Notes: generated by a model from the sequence alone, not told the origin. 63,897 nucleotides of DNA, filler included, from Lama guanicoe (GCA_013239625.1; 76 parts of 75 records of this genome joined end to end with filler, not necessarily neighbours in it), one strand, 5' to 3'; shown: positions 37,179 through 50,176, numbered from the whole stretch's first letter. Made by a program: numbers and translations.

Positions 37179-37685
37179 ATACTTCTTTTAGAGCCCAACC
37201 CCCTCTTTCCCACTCTCCCCAGCCTAGGCACTCCATCAGGGAAGACAAGCTAAGGGATTCTATTAGAACCCAGGCGCTGCTGTCATTTGGAGGAGCCTCC
37301 GCACAATCAGGATACCTGAGCACGTCCCCGTGTGTGTGCTGGAGGTGGGGAAACAGATTCCACGCATCTTTATGGGGCACATGTGTTCCAAGGTTGGGGA
37401 AGTAGTTTAAAACCCTCCACTGCCCACAGTGATGCACTCGCTAATACTTCTCTTTAGAGCCTATCCCCCACCATCACTTACTGCTAGGCCTAAGAAAACA
37501 CTTAGGTTAGTCAAGCTAAGGAATTCTATTAAAAGCCAGGTGCTGCTGTCTGTTGGAGGAACCTCCCCACACTCAGAACCCCAGAACACTTCTTCCTGTG
37601 TGTGCTGGTGGTGGAGAAACAAAGCACACGCATTTCTCAGGGGACACAGTTATTCCATGGTTGTGGGTTGTAGGTCAAACACCCA
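37179..37685 (-). repeat. Satellite family B, two monomers
   Basis: AAGCTAAGG at 37247 and 37513 (266 bp). Confidence 0.88.
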
Positions 37686-37785
37686 NNNNNNNNNNNNNNN
37701 NNNNNNNNNNNNNNNNNNNNNNNNNNNNNTTAATTAATTAANNNNNNNNNNNNNNNNNNNNNNNNNNNNNNNNNNNNNNNNNNNN

Positions 37786-38216
37786 GCACACAGACTCCAG
37801 GAGAACACCGACAACCCCTTTTTTTGTTTGTTTTTTTGTTTTTTTTTTAAATCTGTTTTTACCTGTTCTATTTTCTATTACTCTCTTAATTTTTACTTCT
37901 TAATTCATTTCTATTTCTCTTTGGTTTTGATGTCCTTNNNNNNNNNNNNNNNNNNNNNNNNNNNNNNNNNNNNNNNNNNNNNNNNNNNNNNNNNNNNNNN
38001 NNNNNNNNNNNNNNNNNNNNNNNNNNNNNNNNNNNNNNNNNNNNNNNNNNNNNNNNNNNNNNNNNNNNNNNNNNNNNNNNNNNNNNNNNNNNNNNNNNNN
38101 NNNNNNNNNNNNNNNNNNNNNNNTCAAACCCTCCCCTTCTTTTAAAAATCTTGCTCTCTCTCTCTTATTTTTTTTTCTTTTTTTTCCCTAAGTTCTATTC
38201 CTAAATAGGCATTAGA
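37786..38216 (+). mobile_element. LINE-1 5'UTR, T-rich distal part
   Basis: 38124-38216 matches ~41517-41608, which lies just upstream of an L1 ORF1 start. Confidence 0.82.
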
Positions 38217-38316
38217 NNNNNNNNNNNNNNNNNNNNNNNNNNNNNNNNNNNNNNNNNNNNTTAATTAATTAANNNNNNNNNNNNNNNNNNNNNNNNNNNN
38301 NNNNNNNNNNNNNNNN

Positions 38317-39565
38317 ACAGACTATAGAATACAGAATAAATAATACAGAAATTAGAAAAGAGAATTGAGAATGTAGAACAGAGAATATAGAATATAGAAT
38401 ACAGCAATAAATTGTAGAATTTAGAATATCGAACACAGAATATAAAAAATAAGATTCAGTATACAGCACCCAGAATTTAGATCATTGAATGTAGAACACA
38501 GAATTTAGAATACAGAATTCAGAATATAGAATGTTGAATATAGAATTTAGAACACAGAATATAGAATACAGAATACAGAAACCAGAATTTAGAACATGGN
38601 NNNNNNNNNNNNNNNNNNNNNNNNNNNNNNNNNNNNNNNNNNNNNNNNNNNNNNNNNNNNNNNNNNNNNNNNNNNNNNNNNNNNNNNNNNNNNNNNNNNN
38701 NNNNNNNNNNNNNNNNNNNNNNNNNNNNNNNNNNNNNNNNNNNNNNNNNNNNNNNNNNNNNNNNNNNNNNNNNNNNNNNNNNNNNNNNNNNNNNNNNNNN
38801 NNNNNNNNNNNNNNNNNNNNNNNNNNNNNNNNNNNNNNNNNNNNNNNNNNNNNNNNNNNNNNNNNNNNNNNNNNNNNNNNNNNNNNNNNNNNNNNNNNNN
38901 NNNNNNNNNNNNNNNNNNNNNNNNNNNNNNNNNNNNNNNNNNNNNNNNNNNNNNNNNNNNNNNNNNNNNNNNNNNNNNNNNNNNNNNNNNNNNNNNNNNN
39001 NNNNNNNNNNNNNNNNNNNNNNNNNNNNNNNNNNNNNNNNNNCAGAGAATATATAGAATACAGACTAAAGCATATAGAAGGTAGAATATAGATTGTAGAA
39101 CACAGAATATAGAATATAGAATAAAAAATATAGAACCCAGATTTTAGAACATGGAATGTAGGACAGAATATTGAATATACAACACAGAAATAGAAAGTAG
39201 AAAATAGAATGTAAACTACAGAATACAGAATATAGAATACAGCATTCAGAACACAGAATTTAGAACATGGAATGCAGGACAGAACATAGAATATAGAATA
39301 CAGAAATAGAATGAAATATATACAATGTAGAACACAGTATATAGGATATAGAATACAGAATTCAGAACCCAGAATTTAGAACATGGAATGCAGAACACAG
39401 AATTTAGAATATTGAATATAGAATACAGAACATAGAATGCAGAATACAGAATGTAGAACACAGAATATACAATAGAGAATACAGATGGCAGAACACAGAA
39501 TGTAGAAAATGGAATACAGAACAGAGAATTTAGTATAAAGTATAAAGAATACAGAATATAGAATT
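38317..39565 (+). repeat. AGAATAT heptamer satellite
   Basis: Same 7-mer array. Confidence 0.95.
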
Positions 39566-39665
39566 NNNNNNNNNNNNNNNNNNNNNNNNNNNNNNNNNNN
39601 NNNNNNNNNTTAATTAATTAANNNNNNNNNNNNNNNNNNNNNNNNNNNNNNNNNNNNNNNNNNNN

Positions 39666-40326
39666 TCTGATTCTTCATCTTGCTCCTACTTCTCTGGCAC
39701 TGTGGTTTATGGAGCATCAGTTATCTACTGTGGTCTGAAAGGAGTTTATCTACCTAATGCCTATGTAGTAATACAACTTAGAAAAGAGAAAAAAGAGAAC
39801 GAGAGACAAAGAGTTTTAAAGAAGGGGAAATAAATATTTGAAGACATTTTGTAATGCATAATGGAAGATCAAATTGAAGCAGAGTTTTGAAAAATACTAA
39901 TAATTAAATTATTTTTAAAATATTTCAAAGGGAATAATATGGGGCTATATATAATTGCTTAAGAAGTAAAAATTAAGAGAGTGATAGAAAATGTAACAGG
40001 TAAAAAGAGATTAAAACAAGGGGNNNNNNNNNNNNNNNNNNNNNNNNNNNNNNNNNNNNNNNNNNNNNNNNNNNNNNNNNNNNNNNNNNNNNNNNNNNNN
40101 NNNNCCTTGTCTGTGCTGCTCCCAGTGCCTGTTGGCAAGCAGATCGCTCCTACACCCAACACTGCATCGGGAGCAGTCTTCTTTACTATGGGCTGCTTGT
40201 CACTGCCCTGCCCATTGCTGCAGTCAGCTGTTGAATATTCACCAGTCAGGAGTGGGCATCATGTCCTCTACCAGTATCCATGGTCAGGGGCTGCATTCCA
40301 GCCCAAAATTTGAGGGGCAACATGCC
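39666..40326 (-). mobile_element. LINE-1 5'UTR (diverged copy), reverse orientation
   Basis: TCTCTGGCACTGTGGTTTATGGAGCATCAGTTATCTAC is a close reverse complement of the pre-ORF1 sequence at ~41632-41669; the part after the gap is less certain. Confidence 0.75.
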
Positions 40327-40871
40327 NNNNNNNNNNNNNNNNNNNNNNNNNNNNNNNNNNNNNNNNNNNNTTAATTAATTAANNNNNNNNNNNNNNNNNN
40401 NNNNNNNNNNNNNNNNNNNNNNNNNNACCATCTGTGAGGAATCTGTAGTGGAGGAAATGCTTTCAATTTGGGAAGATTTAATAGACTAATCATGACGTGA
40501 TTTCATATTTTAATTTTATGACTATATCAAGCTTTTGAAATGTAATTTTATTTCAGTACATCCAAATCCAAATTTTTTTTAATTATTGATTTATTTAGCA
40601 AATAGTATTTGTATACCTCTTGATAAGACTGTCAGGAGTGACTTAGTTGTTCCTGTGGAGCAGAAATATGAAAATCCTTAAGTTGTAATTTCTTCATGAG
40701 ATTATGTTGAATAATGAAATTAAAGAACATAGCATAAAGGATAATACTGCACAATGTTGATCAGAAAAATGATTCACTTTATTGAGGGAAGAAAATGTAT
40801 CAGGATTGATAATAGAAATAAAATGTACTTTCACTACATTGAGGACAAAAATATAATGTGACCAAGACATG

Positions 40872-40996
40872 GGAGCTATAGACTGAATACTTGTTCCCCC
40901 CCCCCCAATTCTATGTTAAATCCTACTGTTCAATGTGATGGTATTTGGGGATTGGGTCTCTGGGAAGTTATTAAGTCATGGGGGCAGAATCTTGAT
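40872..40996 (+). mobile_element. MaLR LTR (MLT1A/B type), 5' part
   Basis: GCTATAGACTGAAT..TGTTCCCCC..AATTCTATGTTAAATCC..CAATGTGATGGTATTTGGGG. Confidence 0.75.
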
Positions 40997-41123
40997 TCAG
41001 CCATTAATTGGTGATAATCCCAANNNNNNNNNNNNNNNNNNNNNNNNNNNNNNNNNNNNNNNNNNNNTTAATTAATTAANNNNNNNNNNNNNNNNNNNNN
41101 NNNNNNNNNNNNNNNNNNNNNNN

Positions 41124-41371
41124 GAGCGCCAGTCCTCATTTGCCGCTTCCTCCCTGCAGGACCCGTCCCACGCTGTTTTGCGTTTTGTTCTTTCTTTTTT
41201 CCTTTTCTCCTACCAGATTTTTGGCGTCTTTATCTTTTGAAGAGTGCGATGATCTGCCGGAGTTCCGCAGGTGCTCTGGTTGGCTGAGTGGGTCTGTAGA
41301 TGTGGGTCTTGGTGTATTTGTGGGAGAGGGTGACTTACAAGCGTCCTTATACTCCGCCATCTTGCCTCTCC
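41124..41371 (-). mobile_element. LINE-1 extreme 5' end (internal promoter), inverted
   Basis: Minus strand begins GGAGAGGCAAGATGGCGGAGT, with the YY1 motif (GCCATCTT at 41356-41363) typical of L1 5' termini. Confidence 0.78.
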
Positions 41372-41857
41372 TTCTTGATGTCCTGTTATTGAATAGACAC
41401 AAGTTTCAAATGCATCTATTCATCTCCCCCCCTTTTTTAAAGGTTTTAAAAGGACGTGTTATCCCGATTAATATTCTGCTTCAACTTGCTCTTCTATTAT
41501 TCATTATACACAGTTTTCAAACCCTCTTTCTCCCTTCTTTTAAAATTCTTTCTCTCTCTCTCTCTTTTTTCTTTTTTTCCTAAGTTCTATTCCGAAAAAG
41601 GCATTAGATAGAAAAATCCTTAAGGTCCAAAGTAGACAACTGATACTCGATAAACCACAGTGCCAGAGAGGTATGAATGGAGAAGCAGAGAAACTTTTCC
41701 CAATTTAAAGAAAAACAGAAATCCCCTGAAAGAAAGATCAATGAAATAGACATCGATAACCTACTAGATCAAGATTTCAAAAAAGGAGGGATCAAATTGC
41801 TGAAGGAGTTAAAAGAGATAGTGTTTAGAGATGTTAAATATGTCAAAAATGAAATTG
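41372..41857 (+). mobile_element. LINE-1 distal 5'UTR and ORF1 start (ATG 41677)
   Basis: MEKQRNFSQFKEKQKSPERKINEIDIDNLLDQDFKKGGIKLLKELKE resembles laurasiatherian L1 ORF1p N-termini. Confidence 0.88.
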
Positions 41858-41957
41858 NNNNNNNNNNNNNNNNNNNNNNNNNNNNNNNNNNNNNNNNNNN
41901 NTTAATTAATTAANNNNNNNNNNNNNNNNNNNNNNNNNNNNNNNNNNNNNNNNNNNN

Positions 41958-42307
41958 AGGTGGTATATGTACACAATGGAATACTATTCAGCCATAAAAA
42001 CCAACAACATCACACCATTTTCAGCAACATGGATGTTCCTGGAGAATGTCATTCTAAGTGAAGTAAGCCAGAAAGAGAAAGAAAAATACCATGTGAGATC
42101 ACTCATATGTGGAATCTAAAAAAAATAAAATAAAAGTAAGTTCAAAACAGAAGCAGACTCATAGACATAGAATAGAAACTTGTGGTTGCCAAGGGGGCGG
42201 GGGGTGGGAAGAAACAAACTGGGATTTCAAAATGTAGAATAGATAAACAAGATTATAGTGTGTAGCACAGGGAAATAAATACAAGATCTTACGGTAGCTC
42301 ACAGAGA
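41958..42307 (+). mobile_element. LINE-1 ORF2 end and 3'UTR
   Basis: GTGGTATATGTACACAATGGAATACTATTCAGCCATAAAAA...CTAAGTGAAGTAAGCCAGAAAGAGAAAG...TGTGGAATCTAAAA. Confidence 0.92.
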
Positions 42308-42450
42308 NNNNNNNNNNNNNNNNNNNNNNNNNNNNNNNNNNNNNNNNNNNNNNNNNNNNNNNNNNNNNNNNNNNNNNNNNNNNNNNNNNNNNNNNNNNNN
42401 NNNNNNNNNNNNNNNNNNNNNNNNNNNNNNNNNNNNNNNNNNNNNNNNNN

Positions 42451-42590
42451 AAGGAAATTGGAGGTGAATATATTTAGCACATTGATCAGGGTGATGAAAT
42501 CACAGGAGTTTACATATGTAACAACTTAACAAAATGTATACTTTAAATATGCAAATTTTTACATACCAATTATATCTCAATACAAAGAGA
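42451..42590 (+). mobile_element. Older L1 3' end
   Basis: GGAGGTGAA..TATTTAGCACATTGAT..GGTGATG..TACTTTAAATATG..CAATTATATCTCAATA. Confidence 0.7.
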
Positions 42591-43421
42591 AAGAAAGGAG
42601 CACGGGACAACCAGCTATGAAATATGGAGTTGGCAAGTAGTGATTCAGCTCACCTTAGTAACCGCATGTCCTCCTGTGCNNNNNNNNNNNNNNNNNNNNN
42701 NNNNNNNNNNNNNNNNNNNNNNNTTAATTAATTAANNNNNNNNNNNNNNNNNNNNNNNNNNNNNNNNNNNNNNNNNNNNTGTGGACTTGGAACACTCTTC
42801 CTTGTCCTCTCATCCTTGTGGCACGGGTCCACGAAAGTAACCACAGAGCTGTTGCACATCCTGTGCCTCAAACCAAACCATAATCCCAGCCCTGGTAATG
42901 AATGTAGCAGATCCTAAGGCTTTTCATTCTGATTTCAAACCCAAGGCCCCCTGGATCCCTCAGACCAGATGCACGATAGCTCTGATTCAGCCCCACACGT
43001 GCTCTATTGGCAAAATGCCCAATTGGTCCCTGGTCCTGCAGATGCACTGGAGCACTGGGTGTGGCCATGGGACATATCGGTAATCACAACCGCGTGGCCA
43101 GTGTGGTTGCTTTATCATTGGTACACAGTTCGTTTTGCTCTCTTGATTAGACCCACCACATGCCACAAATCACTCCAGATCTCTGAGACTCAGCGTGTGC
43201 CATCATCCATAGCCCTATTCCTGACTGTACGTTGCCTCTGCTACCTCAAATTTGGCAGCTCGGTCCTTGGTTTCAGAATTAACTGTGGGGATATTTTGCA
43301 CTGGTTTCTTTGAGTTCTGTCNNNNNNNNNNNNNNNNNNNNNNNNNNNNNNNNNNNNNNNNNNNNTTAATTAATTAANNNNNNNNNNNNNNNNNNNNNNN
43401 NNNNNNNNNNNNNNNNNNNNN

Positions 43422-44462
43422 ATGTAGTGTACAGAATGTAGAACACAGAATATAGAATATAGAATACAGACTACAGAATTTAGAATGTAGATAACATAAT
43501 ATAGATAATAGAAACCAGAATAGAGAACCCAGAATTTAGAACATGGAATGCAGAACACATAATAACAAATATAGAATGCAGAATACAAAATGCAGTACCC
43601 AGCATTTAGAACATGGAATTCAGAACACAGAATTAGAATATAGAATACAGAAGACAGAATATAGAATGTAGAATATTGAATGTAGAACAGAGAATATAGA
43701 ATATAGAATACAGAATACAGAACCCAGAATTTAGAACATGGAATTCAGAACACAGTATTTAGAATACNNNNNNNNNNNNNNNNNNNNNNNNNNNNNNNNN
43801 NNNNNNNNNNNNNNNNNNNNNNNNNNNNNNNNNNNNNNNNNNNNNNNNNNNNNNNNNNNNNNNNNNNNNNNNNNNNNNNNNNNNNNNNNNNNNNNNNNNN
43901 NNNNNNNNNNNNNNNNNNNNNNNNNNNNNNNNNNNNNNNNNNNNNNNNNNNNNNNNNNNNNNNNNNNNNNNNNNNNNNNNNNNNNNNNNNNNNNNNNNNN
44001 NNNNNNNNNNNNNNNNNNNNNNNNNNNNNNNNNNNNNNNNNNNNNNNNNNNNNNNNNNNNNNNNNNNNNNNNNNNNNNNNNNNNNNNNNNNNNNNNNNNN
44101 NNNNNNNNNNNNNNNNNNNNNNNNNNNNNNNNNNNNNNNNNNNNNNNNNNNNNNNNNNNNNNNNNNNNNNNNNNNNNNNNNNNNNNNNNNNNNNNNNNNN
44201 NNNNNNCCAGAATTTACGTGGAATTCATAACACACAGATTAGAATTTAGAATACAGTATTAAGAATATATAATTTAGTATAGAGAATTTAGAACACAGAA
44301 TATAGAATGTAGAATTCAGAATACAGGATTTAGAACATGGAATGCAGAACACAGAGTATAGAATATAGAATACAAAATACAGAAATCAGAACTTAGAACA
44401 TGGAATGCAGAAGACAGAATTCAGGATATAGAATACAGAATACAGCATATAGAATGTAGAAT
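43422..44462 (+). repeat. AGAATAT heptamer satellite
   Basis: Same 7-mer array. Confidence 0.95.
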
Positions 44463-44562
44463 NNNNNNNNNNNNNNNNNNNNNNNNNNNNNNNNNNNNNN
44501 NNNNNNTTAATTAATTAANNNNNNNNNNNNNNNNNNNNNNNNNNNNNNNNNNNNNNNNNNNN

Positions 44563-45332
44563 TATGTATTTTATATTCTATATTCTGTCCTCTACATTCA
44601 ATTTTTTAATTCCTTATTAAGTATTCTGTATTATATATTCTAAATTCTGTGTTCTGCATTTCATGTTCTAAATTCTGTTTTCTGTATTCTTTTTTCCATA
44701 TTCTATATTCTGTTTACTACGTTCTATATTCTGTATTCTATACTCTGCATTCCATATTCTATATACAATATTCTGTGTTCTACATTCTATTTCTAAATTC
44801 TATATCCAGCATTCCGTATGCTATATTCTAAATTCTCTGTTCTGCATTCCATGTTCTAAATTCTGGGATCTATAATCTATATTCTATATTCTATACTTGT
44901 GTTGTACATTCTATTATCTAAATACTATATTCAGCTTTCTGTATTCTATATTATAAATTCTGTGTTCTACATTCTATATTCTAAATTCTATATTCAGTAT
45001 TATTTAATCTATATTCTAAATTCTGTGTTCTGCATAGCATNNNNNNNNNNNNNNNNNNNNNNNNNNNNNNNNNNNNNNNNNNNNNNNNNNNNNNNNNNNN
45101 NNNNNNNNNNNNNNNNNNNNNNNNNNNNNNNNNNNNNNNNNNNNNNNNNNNNNNNNNNNNNNNNNNNNNNNNNNNNNNNNNNNNNNNNNNNNNNNNNNNN
45201 NNNNNNNNNNNNNNNNNNNNNNNNNNNGTTCCAAAATTTCACTGATTCCTAAGCTATTTTTTTATTCTGCTTTCTACATTCTGTATTCTAAATTATTTAT
45301 TCAGCATTCTGTATTTCATATTCTATATTCTG
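44563..45332 (-). repeat. AGAATAT heptamer satellite (reverse orientation)
   Basis: TTCTATA-type 7-mers. Confidence 0.95.
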
Positions 45333-46030
45333 NNNNNNNNNNNNNNNNNNNNNNNNNNNNNNNNNNNNNNNNNNNNTTAATTAATTAANNNNNNNNNNNN
45401 NNNNNNNNNNNNNNNNNNNNNNNNNNNNNNNNAATCCATGATGTTGTAACTTGGACAAGAAACTGGACCTTCTGCCATCTTGTCCACACGGGTGAAGAGG
45501 CAACTGGGCAGGGGATGTTAGGGATCCTTCTTGCTTGAGTTCCATGTTCTTGCTAGTTTTCATTGCTCAGCTGCCTTTAGTTTATGTCCATGAGGCCTCT
45601 CATGGGAAGGTCACTCTGTCCTGATAGATTGAGTTTCTTATCAGCAAAAAGCTCTCGACCCACTCATATTTCCCAGAGTTTTCTGCTGACCTGCTGACAC
45701 TTTATATAATTGAGACCTAAGAAACTACTGAAATCCTTATTGTTATTGTTTGCCCTCGAGTTCCATAGGAATGGGGTGCTGTCTCAGGCTGCCTAAAGCC
45801 AGATCCGAACAAAGATAGGGTGACAGGCTGTGCTGCTGTACCTCCACAGTCAAAGGGGATTTCTACCTTAGCTTTATATTCCAGGCAGATTAGTTCAAAT
45901 CTTGCCTTTACAAATTATTATCTTTGTGTCNNNNNNNNNNNNNNNNNNNNNNNNNNNNNNNNNNNNNNNNNNNNTTAATTAATTAANNNNNNNNNNNNNN
46001 NNNNNNNNNNNNNNNNNNNNNNNNNNNNNN

Positions 46031-46669
46031 GGATACGAGCTTAGGCATTCCGTTAGAACCCACTCGCTGCCGACCTTTGTTGAAACCTCCCAAGGTTCAG
46101 GATTCCGGAACCATTGTCAGTGCGTGAGGGAGCTCGAGAGACAACTCCACGCAGCTCTCTTCAGTCACAGGTTTTCCCTGTCCGGGGAAGTTCGAGAAAT
46201 ACATTACCTGANNNNNNNNNNNNNNNNNNNNNNNNNNNNNNNNNNNNNNNNNNNNNNNNNNNNNNNNNNNNNNNNNNNNNNNNNNNNNNNNNNNNNNNNN
46301 NNNNNNNNNNNNNNNNNNNNNNNNNNNNNNNNNNNNNNNNNNNNNNNNNNNNNNNNNNNNNNNNNNNNNNNNNNNNNNNNGTGGGGGAGCTCGAGAGACA
46401 ACTCCACGCAGCTCTCTTCGGTCACAGGTGATCCCTGTTCGGGGAAGTCCGAGAAATAAGTTCCCTGGCTTTGGGGAGGCAGCCTCTTTCACTGGGACTT
46501 ACTGTAAACCCCCCTAGCATTCCCTGGCACAGAGAAATTAGGAAAACCCTCAGGGGAGACGAGCTTTGCAATTCCGTTAGAACCCACACGATGCCGACGG
46601 TTGGTGGAACCTCCCCACGATCAGGATTCCGGTACCATTGTCAGTGCGTCGGGGAGCTCGAGAGACAAC
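46031..46669 (-). repeat. 267-bp satellite family A (reverse orientation)
   Basis: GAGCTCGAGAG at 46387 and 46654 (267 bp). Confidence 0.95.
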
Positions 46670-47015
46670 NNNNNNNNNNNNNNNNNNNNNNNNNNNNNNN
46701 NNNNNNNNNNNNNTTAATTAATTAANNNNNNNNNNNNNNNNNNNNNNNNNNNNNNNNNNNNNNNNNNNNACAGTTCACAGTACACAGAGACCCAGGAAAG
46801 GAGACTTATGTTCCTATTAAATCTGTACACCCGGAATACATATGCGTCGCCTGATTTCTGCTGAAACACCCGCACTCTCAGGACATGGATCCATTTGTTT
46901 CATGGGGGCTGAAATTCCAAGAAGTGAAACCAACCCCAATGTGCACTTTACTGTCTGGCTCTTTTGCTCTCAGTACACTTTGGCAGAGCTACTTGCCTTT
47001 GTTATAGGCTTCTTA

Positions 47016-47100
47016 CATTTCTTCTCTACGTAGCGTAGAATATGGCATTCCTTCATCCTGTTGGAAGACATACAAGTCTACATCACGGACTAGGAATCCA
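47016..47100 (+). repeat. Multicopy segment, paralogue of 14118-14202 (opposite strand)
   Basis: 85-bp ungapped match with 8 mismatches, limited by a gap and a scaffold end. Confidence 0.88.
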
Positions 47101-48114
47101 NNNNNNNNNNNNNNNNNNNNNNNNNNNNNNNNNNNNNNNNNNNNNNNNNNNNNNNNNNNNNNNNNNNNNNNNNNNNNNNNNNNNNNNNNNNNNNNNNNNN
47201 NNNNNNNNNNNNNNNNNNNNNNNNNNNNNNNNNNNNNNNNNNNNNNNNNNNNNNNNNNNNNNNNNNNNNNNNNNNNNNNNNNNNNNNNNNNNNNNNNNNN
47301 NNNNNNNNNNNNNNNNNNNNNNNNNNNNNNNNNNNNNNNNNNNNNNNNNNNNNNNNNNNNNNNNNNNNNNNNNNNNNNNNNNNNNNNNNNNNNNNNNNNN
47401 NNNNNNNNNNNNNNNNNNNNNNNNNNNNNNNNNNNNNNNNNNNNNNNNNNNNNNNNNNNNNNNNNNNNNNNNNNNNNNNNNNNNNNNNNNNNNNNNNNNN
47501 NNNNNNNNNNNNNNNNNNNNNNNNNNNNNNNNNNNNNNNNNNNNNNNNNNNNNNNNNNNNNNNNNNNNNNNNNNNNNNNNNNNNNNNNNNNNNNNNNNNN
47601 NNNNNNNNNNNNNNNNNNNNNNNNNNNNNNNNNNNNNNNNNNNNNNNNNNNNNNNNNNNNNNNNNNNNNNNNNNNNNNNNNNNNNNNNNNNNNNNNNNNN
47701 NNNTGGTGGTCATGTGGCATAGGCTACCCTAGATGGCAGCATTTGGCCATTCAGCATATGGTCTGTGTCCTGGCACTCCTCCCTGTCCTGCAATATTGCT
47801 GCCGAGATATCAGCTGAAACCCCTCTGGAGGTTCCCTTGTGACTATGTGGTTTCCTCCAGGTGCATTTAAATCACTGGGATATTCGTGAACTTTGTTGAG
47901 TTGAATCATACAGCTGCTGATAGGTTTATTGGGATTCCACCTCCTTTGTATGCTGTGTACTTCTCAATTCGCATAGATGATACTTTCTTGGCTTTCAGCA
48001 AGTTTCAGTCTGATNNNNNNNNNNNNNNNNNNNNNNNNNNNNNNNNNNNNNNNNNNNNTTAATTAATTAANNNNNNNNNNNNNNNNNNNNNNNNNNNNNN
48101 NNNNNNNNNNNNNN

Positions 48115-48875
48115 CAACAACCCACAACTTGGGAATTACTGTGACCCCTGAAAATTGCGTGTGACATTTCCCCACGCCCAGCACACACAGGAAGAAGTGT
48201 TCTGGGATTCTGAGTGTGGGGAGGTTCCTCCAACAGACAGCAGCACCTGGGTTGTAATAGAATCCCTTAGCTTGACTTCCCTAAGTGTTTTCCTAGGCCT
48301 AGCANNNNNNNNNNNNNNNNNNNNNNNNNNNNNNNNNNNNNNNNNNNNNNNNNNNNNNNNNNNNNNNNNNNNNNNNNNNNNNNNNNNNNNNNNNNNNNNN
48401 NNNNNNNNNNNNNNNNNNNNNNNNNNNNNNNNNNNNNNNNNNNNNNNNNNNNNNNNNNNNNNNNNNNNNNNNNNNNNNNNNNNNNNNNNNNNNNNNNNNN
48501 NNNNNNNNNNNNNNNNNNNNNNNNNNNNNNNNNNNNNNNNNNNNNNNNNNNNNNNNNNNNNNNNNNNNNNNNNNNNNNNNNNNNNNNNNNNNNNNNNNNN
48601 NNNNNNNNNNNNNNNNNNNNNNNNNNNNNNNNNNNNNNNNNNNNNNNNNNNNNNNNNNNNNNNNNNNNNNNNNNNNNNNNNNNNNNNNNNNNNNNNNNNN
48701 NNNNNNNNNNNNNNNNNNNNNNNNNNNNNNNNNNNNNNNNNNNNNNNNNNNNNNNNNNNNNNNCGCCTGTGTTACAATACATTTACTTGTCTTCAATGAT
48801 GGCTTGCCAAGGGCGGTTTGCGGGGGAAATTGTGGGTTGGGCTGTAAATCTAGTATTAGCGAGTGCTTCTCCATG
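48115..48875 (+). repeat. Satellite family B (same orientation as family A at 1384)
   Basis: 48115-48304 is close to the reverse complement of 37485-37675 and 3060-3235. Confidence 0.88.
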
Positions 48876-48975
48876 NNNNNNNNNNNNNNNNNNNNNNNNN
48901 NNNNNNNNNNNNNNNNNNNTTAATTAATTAANNNNNNNNNNNNNNNNNNNNNNNNNNNNNNNNNNNNNNNNNNNN

Positions 48976-50076
48976 TTTTAGCAAACAGAATCCAACAACA
49001 CATAAAAAAGATTATACATCATGATCAATGGGGTTCATCCCAGGGACACAAGGCTGGTTCAACATATGCAAATCAATCAATGTAATACATCACATCAACA
49101 AGAGGAAGGACAAAAAACCACATGATCATCTCATTCATGNNNNNNNNNNNNNNNNNNNNNNNNNNNNNNNNNNNNNNNNNNNNNNNNNNNNNNNNNNNNN
49201 NNNNNNNNNNNNNNNNNNNNNNNNNNNNNNNNNNNNNNNNNNNNNNNNNNNNNNNNNNNNNNNNNNNNNNNNNNNNNNNNNNNNNNNNNNNNNNNNNNNN
49301 NNNNNNNNNNNNNNNNNNNNNNNNNNNNNNNNNNNNNNNNNNNNNNNNNNNNNNNNNNNNNNNNNNNNNNNNNNNNNNNNNNNNNNNNNNNNNNNNNNNN
49401 NNNNNNNNNNNNNNNNNNNNNNNNNNNNNNNNNNNNNNNNNNNNNNNNNNNNNNNNNNNNNNNNNNNNNNNNNNNNNNNNNNNNNNNNNNNNNNNNNNNN
49501 NNNNNNNNNNNNNNNNNNNNNNNNNNNNNNNNNNNNNNNNNNNNNNNNNNNNNNNNNNNNNNNNNNNNNNNNNNNNNNNNNNNNNNNNNNNNNNNNNNNN
49601 NNNNNNNNNNNNNNNNNNNNNNNNNNNNNNNNNNNNNNNNNNNNNNNNNNNNNNNNNNNNNNNNNNNNNNNNNNNNNNNNNNNNNNNNNNNNNNNNNNNN
49701 NNNNNNNNNNNNNNNNNNNNNNNNNNNNNNNNNNNNNNNNNNNNNNNNNNNNNAGATATTCCATGCTCTTGGATTGGAAGAATCAATATTGTTAAAATGG
49801 TCACACTGCCCAAGGCAATCTACAGATTTAATGCAATCCCTATCCAATTACCCAGGACATATTTCACAGAACTAGAACAAATCATAATAAAATTTATATG
49901 AAACCATCAAAGACCTAGAATTGCCAAAGCATTACTGAAGAGAAATAAAGAGGTTGAAGGAATAACTCTCCCAGACTTCAGACAATACTATAAAGCTACA
50001 GTCATCAAGACAGCATGGTAATGGTATCAAAACAGACATATAGACCAATGGAACAGAATAGAGAGCCCAGGAATGA
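48976..50076 (+). mobile_element. LINE-1 ORF2 RT region, relatively young but disabled
   Basis: [23 protein letters not shown] and [33 protein letters not shown] at 49899-49901 where W is expected. Confidence 0.95.
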
Positions 50077-50176
50077 NNNNNNNNNNNNNNNNNNNNNNNN
50101 NNNNNNNNNNNNNNNNNNNNTTAATTAATTAANNNNNNNNNNNNNNNNNNNNNNNNNNNNNNNNNNNNNNNNNNNN

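Noticed and set aside
42780..43321. Retroviral env remnant (minus-strand RAKR furin-like motif near 43130-43141)
   Set aside because: No fusion peptide, immunosuppressive domain or CX6CC motif follows and there are many stops; scaffold left unidentified.
45433..45930. Possible ERV pol-env junction
   Set aside because: Only vague motif resemblance; not supportable without a search.
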